From: Lama glama
Lineage: Eukaryota
Direction of reading: 5' to 3'
Length of the DNA: 64,000 bases
Assembly (NCBI GenBank): GCA_028534125.1
Contig: CM052816.1
Coordinates: 63,366,001 to 63,430,000, forward strand
This document shows positions 39,701 to 51,700 of this stretch, one piece after another. Both the position numbers and the translations under genes were made by a program. The notes beneath the pieces were generated by a model. That model made no database searches, was not told the DNA's origin, and saw only the letters and a program-made list of their open reading frames with translations. Each line of letters opens with the position of its first letter. Position 1 is the first letter of the stretch.

Positions 39701-42700
39701 TTACTTCAAGAAATTCTTGGGGAGAGGATATAGCTCAAGTGGTAGAGCGCATACTTAGCATGCATAAGGTCCTGGGTTCAATCCCCAGTATCTCCTGTAA
39801 ATATAAGTAAGTAAAACCAATTACCTCCCCAACTAAAATAAATGAATAGATAAAAAGTGAAACACACTTGAGAGAGAAAAAAAGAAACTCTGACAGATCT
39901 ATTAGGTCCCAGGCAGCAAATAATTAATATTTACTGGATGTAAGGTATTAAGTACATATTCTTTTAAAGATAAATCCAACATTAAACAGAGCTCCATGGT
40001 AAGTATTTTCAAACAATTTTAAGCAAGTACCAAATTTATTGCATGAAATAAAATTCAGGAATATAAAACAACATACTGAGGACAGAGTTTAATAGAAAAT
40101 GCTGTTATAACCTGATTCTTTTTAACAGCTTACCTAATTGGAAATTACACTGTTTTAAAAAGAGTCAGCATTTACTCATTCATTCAACAGTTATCTAATG
40201 GTATCTTCTAAGTAAGAGACCCTGAGGACAAGGCACCAGAAAGAAAAGGAGATAAACATAGACATACAAAGAAAAGGATAAATAAAATGTTGAAGGCGTA
40301 CACAAGGTATAATAGAACTACAGGAGGAGAAAATCCTTTTCAAAGAATAAAACTGCTAATCCCAGTAAGGATTAAGTTAACCAGTTTTAAAAATATACTC
40401 TGAAGCACAGCACACTTTGACAGTGAGTTTCCAGAAAATAAAATGGATCTACACTGAAGCTGGACACAATGCTCCAGCTTTAGGCTTATGGTCACAGTAT
40501 TTGGAATTGATCTAATGAGAGTATCCTTGGTGATAAATCAGAAACACTAAACCTTCACAGCTTCAGTACTATATATTTCAATCCCATGGACTAACATTTA
40601 AAAGTGCTCCCAGAAACAGTGCAAGTTTCTTTATTCTGCTTAAAAAACACCATACACTAAAAGGATAGCAAAACAAACAGACAAAAAAAAAAACAACAAA
40701 ACCTGCAGGATTTGTTACCTCTGGGTTGGGGGAGGGAGGAGGTGCTGAAAGATAATAAGTTACATATTTGCCCAAATATTTCAGTAAGATAGAACTGAAT
40801 AAATATTAAGAGACTCTTTAATTATTATATATTACATTGCTTTCAAATTGTGAATATACAATTATAATAGATATTTATCAAGCATTTAATCAAAGATCAC
40901 TCCAATTGGCTTATAAAAGCAGACCAATTAAAATATAAAAATCCAGGTTTCAAAGCACCTAACTCGTGCATATGCAACTAAAACCAGTATATAACAGCAT
41001 GTTCTACTGATGAGGAAAATACAACAGTTTTAGTTTTGAACAGATTAGAGAGAATACTTTCTAAGGCATGGCCAAAAGGAAGTATATGGCATGAATTATA
41101 GACAGGGTAAGTAATAAAACCAAAGTACCCAATTACAAATGAAAGTCATGAAGTACCTGTATCCCAATTTTAGTCATTAGAATATCTGATGTTCTAAATT
41201 AAAATTAATGCTTCAAGAGACACTACTTCAAAAATTACTCACAGATTCACTGCTGCAAAACACCAAAAAAGGGTTGGGGGTTATAAAACAAAGTGATGAC
41301 AAGAGAGCCAAACACATTCCCTTAGGGTAGGAGAGGTTAAAAAATACATTACTGGGGCAACTGAGGAGATCTGAATATGGACTTGATATTAGAAAACAGT
41401 ATTGCATCAATGTTAAGTGCCCTGGATCTAATTATGGTTGTGATTAAGAAGGAAAGGTCTAATTTATTGGAGTGAAGTGTCACGGTGTTTCTAACTAAAA
41501 TTCAAATGGTTTAATTTTTAAAACTCTGTATATGCACATATAAAAAAAAGAAAGTATGATAAAATGGTTTAATTTTTAAAACTCTGTATATGCACATAAA
41601 AAAAAGAAAGTATGGTAACTGATGAAACTAGGTGAAGGATATATGGGTGGTGATTTACTACAACTTTTCTGTATATTTGAAATTTTTCAATGAAATGACG
41701 TGAAAGAAAAAATGCTGTCCATATACAATTCTGAAAATGATTATAACATAGATTTCCTGGTAGGCCAATATCAACTATTTGCATAACATTTAAAAAATAC
41801 ATGGAATTTAGAATGCTTTATAGGCATTGGGCTAAATAATACTAAATAACCCTATAATAGAAACTGAACCACCAGCACAACACAACTGAGATGAAGAAGA
41901 ACTCATCTTTTGGTACCTCTACTCCAAAAACTCCCCACGAAAAAACAATGAGGGCAGGCAGATACTATGAGCATGACAGTCTCATGAGTTAGTTCATTGT
42001 ATACAGAAAGATATCCACTTTCATTCATAACACATTATAGAAAACATGTGAAAACCAAACACGTGATGGACTAACAAATGTTTTAATAAAGGTTCCATCC
42101 AAAGGACCTAAAAAGTAAGTCCTTAATGACAACTCATCTTTCAGATAATACTTTCAATAGAATATTTAATATTTCATGTAGGCCCTTTAATTTTATTATT
42201 TTCCTTCAGAACTGCATAAGTCGAAAGACTGTCTGACATCACACTTACCAATTAACATATTTTTTTTCTGTGTATTTATGGGATCCTTCCACTGAAAAAA
42301 TTTAACTATAGGTTTTCAACTACTTTTTCAAATGCAGAGGAAATACAATCTTCAAACAATTGGATGCTAAGCTATAAAGATGGTGACTTTACCAAAACTT
42401 CAAAAACTATTATGTGTCAGAAAACACTGTTCTAAGATGGCTCAAAATGTTCGCAACCTAACAGAAAAAAACCAAATTTGTGTATAAATGATAGTTGACA
42501 TGTATAAATGATGGTGTTGTTCAAAGGTTAACATAGGAAAATGTTAAAGAATCTACTGAAAACATTTTTCCTAACTATTTCCTACCCACATTCTGAAAAT
42601 AAAAAGTACTACTGGGTAACTGTATTTCACTGGTATTTACTGATGATACAGTCACCTGAGCTGCTTAGGCTATTGATGATGAGTACGGATAGAAACACAA

Positions 42701-45700
42701 AAGCATTTTTAGGTAACTAAGCAACAGGAATGTTAAACTTTTGGAGAAAAAGGTTTAGAGGTTTGGAGAAGCGGCATTTTTAAACTATTGCAAATATATA
42801 GTAATCTAAAGCATATTGAACATTTGTAATAATTTCATACTTATGAAACCTTGTGAGTTACAGGAGCTCAGAATTATCTTTACCATTTCATACATGAGGA
42901 TGCAGGGTTAAAGATCTTGCCCAAGCTAAAGAGCAGAGACAGGGACTTGAAATGAGTTTAAAATATAGTCTCAATGACCAAACTCCTTCAATGTTTACAA
43001 ACCAATATCAAAATGCAATATCAAAATAATGTAATTAATGTAATAAGAACCCAAAGTGTTGAGAAAATTGTAAGATATTACTACTTTTAGATGCTAGGAA
43101 TCAGATATGCTCAAAATGACTAACAGTGACTCAAAACGGTCACTGTGTTGCATAATGTTGAGTTTGGAATACTGGCAATGCCACTAAGATGTCGGAACTT
43201 TAGCAAGTTCCTTGAAGCTTCAAATAGTTTGAAATAATAAATTCTAATTCCCACCCAAAGGTTTTTGTGAGGATTAAATGAGAAATACATGCAAATTACT
43301 TGGCACAGAAGTTGGTAACTTGTCATTACTCAATAATTGATAGTAATTCTCAGGGGAGAGGGTATAGCTTAAGTTGTAGAGAGCATGCTTAGCATGCATG
43401 AGGTCCTGGGTTCAATTCCCAGTACTTCCTCTAAGAATAAACAAATAAAACAAACCTAATTACCTACACCCACTTAAAAAAAAAAAACTGATAGCAATTC
43501 TCATCAACTCCTTTAGAATTAATCAATAGGCTCAAGGTGTCAGAATTCACTAATGGATCCAGAAGCAGACTCCAGGACTGTGGATTCGAAATCAGTTATC
43601 TTTCCCTAATACCTCACAGATTTACTCACGCTTTCAAACAAGAATATGTAGTGGTAAACTCGGATGTAAGAAATTTCAGGAAAACTACAGTGTGATTCCT
43701 GGATTATCAATTTTTCACAAAGATTAGCAGTGATAGGGGAAGCTTAATAAAAAATAATTTACTGTTAAGAACTTCAGTGTGGGGGAGGGTGTAGCTTAAG
43801 TGGTAGACCCCATGCTTAGCATGCACAGGGTCCGTGTTCAATCCCCAGTACCTCCTCTAAAAATAAATAAATAAGTAAAGCTAATAACCTCTCCTCCCCT
43901 CTCCCCCAAGAAGAACTATACACATCAAACCAAATATGGATATAACATGGACTAGACTGCAAAACACACTCAACTTTTAAGGTACCAATAACAGACTTCT
44001 AAGAATATTTGCATTTGCTGACAGACACCTGTGGCTATGCCCTCAAACATAGTAAATTTTAAGAAGTATTATCAAACATATAAACTGGATTTGCTAAGAG
44101 CTACATAATTCTGCTTCCTAAATACTTCTGTATTGCACATACAATTTTTTATTTTTCAGTTTTAATTTTCTTAGGTCATTTTTTTAAAACTTAAGTATAA
44201 ATGTCAATTTTGATACAGAACTGAAATTTTAAGTTAGAAGCATTTTGATGAATGTTTTAACATTTAAACAATGTAGACAATTAATGAATTCTACACAGAC
44301 TCTACTTACCCCTCCAAAATTTATTTTCATGTTTTATAACAAAATTACCTGCATGTTGACTCTTTCAATCACACAAGAAAGGACATGTAAAACATGCATC
44401 TTTGTGTCACATTCTGTAACTTGCTGCAGTAACTGAAAAAGTAGTGTGAACATGGTTTCCAAATACTGTATGGAAAAAGAAAAAAATAGAAGTTTGGAAT
44501 AGAAATGTAAAAGTCTTTACATACAGACAAACAGAAATAAGAAATAAAATTAAATCATAAGATAAAAAGCAATAAAAGACAAATAGCCAAAATCTTAGCA
44601 TTACTTATACAACTTCAAATTGTTCAGTTTGCCAATATTAAGGCATAACTTTTTTCTTCATTGCTGTTAAATGCATTCATTTCAGAATTTAATTCACCCA
44701 CAAACTGAAAAATGTTTTCAGAGAAAAACTGTCTACACATTTTGTGTTTAAAATTTATATTGCTAACTAAAGTAAATTTTGAGCAGTGCCTTGTCATCAC
44801 TCTTTCACATATGCCTTAGTTTTGCACAGTCCACTCACTAAAGCCAAAAGTTACTGCACCCACATACCAGCTCTCTGATGTGGCCCTTAACATATGCTAC
44901 GTAGAGATACAAATTTTTGTAGATAAATACTTGTAATTCTAAGAAAGACAGAATATTTCTGATTAAGAAATAGAAAACAAAAATGCTGTCTGGCTTTTTA
45001 ACTCTTCCATTATGAAAATTATAGTAGGAACTAATAAATGATAGGATGCCAGATACATAGACATTTGTTCTTTCAGATATCTGTTCCTTTTTATACACAT
45101 TTGTAAAAATACTTCTTTCATCAGAAATACCTCTGACTCTTTAATTAACAAAAAGTCTCTGCTCTTCAAGTTTCCCCATCTATGACCCCAACCCCACAAG
45201 AAATACACATTGTATCATAAAGCTTTCTTTGTCTTTAGTCTTCTTGAAAAGAACGTCAATGCCCCAATTCACTGACATATTTAACAAGTGCCTACTGAAT
45301 ACCAATTATGTGAAAACACCATGCTAGGTGCTGAGTACTGAGTGGAAAAAAAAAATGAGTAAGAGCGGTATTTTGCTTTTCAAATAATTTGCAATCTAGT
45401 GTAGGACAGACATATATACACAAACAACAGAAGGAGATAACCTAAGGAGTAAAAGTAACAGACAACATGAAATGAAATTACTAGATGTTTTGCAACTGTG
45501 AGAAAAGGAAAAGTTCAGCAGTCAACTCCAGAATAGATTACAAGATAACAAGAACAAGCAGAATAAAAGTGAACTATTTCAAATTAAAGTTATCAATAAC
45601 AGTAATTAATTACAAAATAATCTAACATACCATTAAATGCAACTTTAATAAATAACAGATACATATAATTAAAGCTATAAAATAATATAATATTCAAAAG

Positions 45701-48700
45701 ACATAAGTAGAAATTATTATAAACCCTAGAAATAGATATTCTTACCGGTAGAAATTGATCTGTTCTAAACTCAAAATCATCAACAGGTGAAGAGCAGCTA
45801 AGGAATACTGAGAACTTATGAGATTTACCAGGATAAAACATATGTAAAAACCAAATACAATAAACCAATCAAAAATACATTTAAATTAGCTAAAAATTAA
45901 TTTAACAAAATTAAAAATTTTAAAGTGTTGCTAAAATTCTTTGCAATAAAGTATTTTTAAAATTTTTAAAGGATATTTAACTTCAGAGTTGTAGCTGTTT
46001 CAATACGGACCTAAAAGAAAGTATATCATGAATTTTGAGTCATTTAGAACTACTAAACACCATTAATAACAAATGACAAAAAAAAGTTTGGCCAATCACT
46101 TCTTTACTCTTTCTGTTAATATTTAGTCACAGAGCATGTTAACAACTAGAAATAAAAGGACATTCTCCCTATTTAGCAAGGACTAAAAAGAAAAAATAAA
46201 ATAGTGTCATTCCCACCCTTCTTAGTTTTCCCTAATTTGCTTAAGGAGTCTTTAATCCAGTGGGTGTTTCCAGGGGAAAAAAAAAAATTGGCTGTTAAGT
46301 GTGTGGAGAGCATGGGACTGAGAGAAAAGAGTACGAAGATGATGTCAGAGGGAAAGGGAAGGTTGAGAACCAGGAAAACAGGGTGGGGTTGGGGAGGCTG
46401 GAGGACTTGTAAGAAAGGAAGAGGGAGGAGGAGCAGGAAGAACACAAATTCCCATCTGTTACCCGAATAACAGAAAATCCTTGTAATAACTGAAAGATAA
46501 AGTCTGAGATTTTCTAAATCCCAAAGTCCACAAATACAGAAAGGTTTGCACAATCTCTTGGCTTCCCAAATCACATTTTCTTTGTGTATCAGCATGTTAC
46601 CTGGGTAAACCATATCATTACAGCATAATCTCCTAATTTTCTTTCAAGTTTTATCTGTGATGTGACCAGCTAAATTGGCATCAGCTACCACACTCATAAT
46701 TCCACATGCAGTAACATGAGCTCAAGTCACAACTGAATTCTGTGTTCTGCTCTGTAAAATAATACAGCTAAAACTTTTATTTCCTGGGTAAGAGTCATTA
46801 CTTTCTTACACGCTACTATACTTTCTACTCCTGCAATAGCAATGGGTTTTGCCTTTGCAGTCATTTTCCACAAAGAAACAGTTCTGATCATTTTACAGGT
46901 GCTTCTGAGGTCCTGACATGCTGATTAGGCACATCCATCAAATGTTAGGTACTACAGTTCCAAACCCCAGAGTCCAGGAACCCAGAGTGCAGGTGTTTCC
47001 TTGCCTGCCTTTTCTTTGTATTCACTGCTTATAAATTAATGTGAATATTCCTAGGGTTTTAAATGATTTAACAAGTTTGCTGATGATCTACAACATGCAA
47101 AGTGTTCTACTACAAAATGACCTAATGAAAAGATGACGTTCTCATGCAATTAAAAATATTCAAAAAGGAACAGTACCTCCCAGACATTGTGGTGGGTGCT
47201 GTAGGAAAAAAAGCTGGGTAAGACACACCTAGTCCTTGCTCTCAAAGAGCTTACAATCCAGCAGAGAGGAAAAGAACTACCCAGATACTGAACAAGTATT
47301 AATAAAAATGGCTAACTTGAAAAGCCTAAGAAAAGGATAATCCCTTGAGGACACGGACTATTTCTAGTCATCGTCCAATTGTCAGCATTCAGTACAGTAT
47401 GAGGCATACAACTGGAACTATGTTAATAATTTAATTCACAAACACCAGGGCATGAAAGCCGCCACAAAAAGAAACCAAACTTCCAGCATACCAACCCTTA
47501 AATCCTCCACAAAAGAAACAGAGATGCAGTAAACCCATAACCATGATACCTAGGCAAATAAGTATAAGAAACAAAAAGGACACTTGAATGAAACGAAGAG
47601 AAGACAGTGCAGTATTGCATGCAGAGAAAAAGATGAAACGAATAACGATGATTTGCCTGTACTCTAGTTTAACTACAGGAACAGGAAGCCGGAACATAAG
47701 GGAAAATAAAAAGCACACAGTTTAAGAAAACAGAGGAGCATTTAAAATATGACAAACACAAATAAGAACAAACTTAGCTCTTACTGAACTATAAAAGAAA
47801 TGGGAAGTACTTACTGCACAGAGACAACGAATTCTGCAGCAATTCACAAGTAATGGGGGAAAAATCAGAACCTGGATTTATAGAATGAAGAGTTGGGGAA
47901 TGTGAAGGAAGACTGGTAGAAGACAGTCTAACACAGTTTCTAAGATATTATTCAATAAATACTTCATAAGTAAATGCAAGAAAACAAAACTCTTCACTTA
48001 ATCAGATTCTAAACAGGACTTGTCATAGAATAAATCTAGAATTTCTGAAGGAGAATAAAACTCTCAGTATCCAGATCCGGATCTAGACGTGAATTCAGCC
48101 TGAGCCTACCCTACACCTCTAGCTGAAACATCAGAAAACTCATAAAAAGATAAACTAATTCCATACTGAGGCAAACAAATGCCATCAAGTTATCAGAATT
48201 GTTGAAAGGATCCCAGAAAAGCATGACAGTAACAGAGAAATGAATGAGAAGAAACCAGAGGTCAACATTACTTCCCAAGAAGATGGCTACAAAAAGGCAA
48301 GAGTAACCAGACATTTCCACATTCAGCATAAGAAAGAGCCTTGGGGTTACTGTCAGGGTGGTTGATTTGAGTTCTAGACTTGGACTAACCCAATGCCTGA
48401 CCACTACTACAGCCTGCCCACAGCAGTGAAGGGTATTCCACGCACTAACACAGTGAGCATGGTGCTGGGACCAGAAAGAAATGGCAATGTCTCAGGGATA
48501 TAGGACCCCCAGAAAAATGTAAATAACACAGACATGAAGGAATCATTTTGAAAAAAAGTAATCTGAAGATAAACAGAATAATGACTGCATAATCTTTTAT
48601 CCTTATCTCTAAACTTTTTCAATAAACATCATTTAATTTTCTGATTGCATGCTAGGCATGAGAGATACTGATATGAATAATATTACCCTACACAGTGGTT

Positions 48701-51700
48701 CTCTTACTAGTTGGTACTGTTTATGGTACATTTTTTTCTCTATTCTGCAATAAAGTCAAGATCACTGAATTACACATTTTGATGTATTTCTTCTGAAATA
48801 CACATGTAAATGAGCTTCCTAAAAGAATAAAGAGTCTTTCGCTTATTCACCTCCTTTCAAGAAAAAAATTCTAAAGCTCATTTTCATATCATATGGATAC
48901 TAAACACATCAATACAAAACCAAAACTGTCTACAGGAAACTTACTAGATTAAGGTTTTCTTTCTTTCTAGTTTTAGAGTGGCCTAACATTTTGATGTCTC
49001 AAACTCAGATTTTTTTGATATTTCCTTTGGAAATTATATTTGCTGAATGTAAGTGAATTCAGAATTCATTCTGTGAAAACATAGACTAGCCCAGAGTTTA
49101 AAATCTGTAAATGTTTTGAGACATACAGGATGGACAAGTAGAAAGCAAAATCAAAACTGTTAAGGCAGAAAGTTTCACAGAACTAGGAGTCTCATAAAAC
49201 GCACAAGAGTGAAAAGACAGAAGAACTTCAATGCACCTTGTTAAAAATACCTCTGCCCAAATCCCAGCTGCACCTCCCACAGTGCTTTCAGGGTTTGCTA
49301 CAGTCATGTACATACCATCCAAAGTCCCTTCCTAAACTCCATAACTGGCTTCCCATATTGAAAATTCACTATTTCTATGTTGGTATTCAACCTGCCCATG
49401 AAGATGGCCATTTCTGTGCTTGACAGACAATAACCATAATACACTCTACCCTCAAACTATAAATCTGCTGGTTGTACCACAGTTTATCATATATATATAT
49501 ATATATATGGCCTCTTATAAGGTTGAAAGAGTACACTAATGCTAATTTTTAGTAGCTTGCTGCTTATTTTACTAAAGGTTGCATAAATAACGTAAGAAAA
49601 TTTTTTTTTAATTATTTATAATTTCCAAAGTTGAAAGAGATAATTCGGTCAGAAAACTTAAAAATAAAGAGGCCCAGTATGCAAATCAAATATTCTAGTC
49701 AGGGAATCATCTGCAGTCCTAGGAAAAGAAAGATCCTCTCACATAAAATTTAGTCATTCTGTACTGTGGTAACAACATTCTCAAATCTTAAACTTGCAAT
49801 AAGCACATCTACTCAGTAACATGTTCTAAGGGGAGTTATGTAGAAGATATTTTTTAAATGAATTTTTCAATAAAGCACTGTAGTATTGATGTCCTTATAA
49901 AAAGACATAATAAAAATGGAATCTGACTTGATATCATGTTGAAAAATATATTCCAGATGGAACAAAGAACCAAGGATGAAGGAAATGGATTTATTAAACA
50001 AGAAACAAAAAGAAGAAAACAGAAAAAGGAAACTGATGAATCTGATAAATTGCACTAAAATTAAAAACCTCTGCTCAACAACAAGACAACAGAAAGAGTG
50101 GAAAGACAGAGAGATTCAACTGCATTTGTAATTTTTTTAAATGAAATATTTTCAATATATATGGAACACTATTACAATGGAAATATGGAAAACCAGATGC
50201 TTGTTATGTCAGCCACTGAATTTTTCTTTTTCCTTGTTATAATTCTTAGATTTTAAAATGAAAAAAAAGTAAAAACATCGCCTTTTTAAAGATTAATCAG
50301 AATAGGCTTAGAAGTAAAAATTTTCAAAGTAACAATTATCTTACACTGAATCAAAATTCCCAACACTTATTACCAAAAAAGTTTCCAAATATTACAATAT
50401 TATAAATGCTTGCCCATTATGCCTAAATTATTTTAATTGCTAAATATTGAGGAACTTATAATACTATTTCAAATACACTAAAAAAATTTCACTCAACTTG
50501 CAATATATTCCTCCAGAACAAACAACACTGTCATGCAAGTATCAGATGTACTCTACACAGTGGCCTCAGATATAAAATTAAAAAGCCAGCTGGAGAAGTC
50601 ACCAGTTGATGTACTATTTCTATTCTGCCATAGCCAGCCTTATAGCAAAATGGACATAAGACGTAAGACTAGGAAGCCACTCAGACAACTACAGGATTAA
50701 ATCTATCCCAACTCCATAACCACAGCAGTCAAGCAAGAGAATATAGACTCTGAAAGCCAGAGAAGACTTAGATTCATCAGAATCGATACACTTTGCATGT
50801 GTGTATATATGTGTGTGTGTGTATATTCACATTTGTATGTTTGTACATATGTCTGTGTTTGTACATTGTTGTTATCGTCCCACATTTCATTAGCCAAGTA
50901 TTTCTCACAGGTTGAAATTAGAATACCGTATCTTACATACTTTTTATTTTAAATTTCTGATAAATTTTCTTTTATTTTTTAATGGATTCCCTTGTTTAAG
51001 CACAGATTACCCATGCTTAAACTATTTAATAACTACAAAATGATATTTAGAGTAAATTCTCAATTATTTAAACAAAGTAGGTAACACTAAAGTAGAACGA
51101 TCCAAAGAGGAGTTCAATCTGCCTTTATAATGTACCGTGCTTCTGCAATTACGTTTTGCTAATTTCATAATTTCTTTAATTATGTTTTCTTTGTTGAACA
51201 TTAAAAGTAGTTTATATTATCATGGCACACGTGTGAAAATGAGAAAAGTATGGCCCAAGTCTTTGCTGAAAAACAGGGTAATCAGGTGGGTTCAAAATTT
51301 TTTAAGAAGGGGGATATTGAGAAATTTAAACAAGATCTTACCATAATTCAGAGAGGAAAAAAATCACTTAATTTTATCTAAAAATCATTTGAAACTCTGG
51401 GAAAAAAACAACTAGATTCGCTTTTCAAAGACTATGCTGGAGTCATATCCAAGACAAAGAAATGTATATTAAGTCATGAATATATTCACTCAGGCATAAA
51501 ATAAAGCACTAAGAGGGGGAAAAAAACTATTCCACACTATGGTGAACATCTTAAAAAAAATCTCTTTGAGTAACCAACACATAATAAAGCAGCAAACCTA
51601 CTGCTTTGAAGGGGAACAAAGCAACAAAGAAGTCATTAATAAGTTTTCAGTAACCAAAACCAAGAATATTATGTCAATGCTATACACAGAGAAAAAGTCC

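Noticed and set aside
25581..41617. CRISPR-like or other regularly spaced arrays
   Set aside because: Repeats are adjacent duplications or palindromes without unique spacers, in a mammalian genome.
17996..43910. tRNA-Ala-like sequences as real tRNA genes
   Set aside because: They have 5' extensions, A-rich tails, TSDs, CpG decay and stem mismatches, so they are SINE copies.
46173..46613. Longest ORF (146 aa) and its purine/G-rich tract
   Set aside because: The ORF is open only because of low-complexity pyrimidine bias; it has no domain-like sequence and the G-runs are a marginal quadruplex.
48071..48097. Polylinker-like run agatccggatct-agacg-tgaattca
   Set aside because: A 12-bp palindrome plus a few 6-bp sites in a degenerate repeat-like context, with no vector sequence nearby; consistent with chance.
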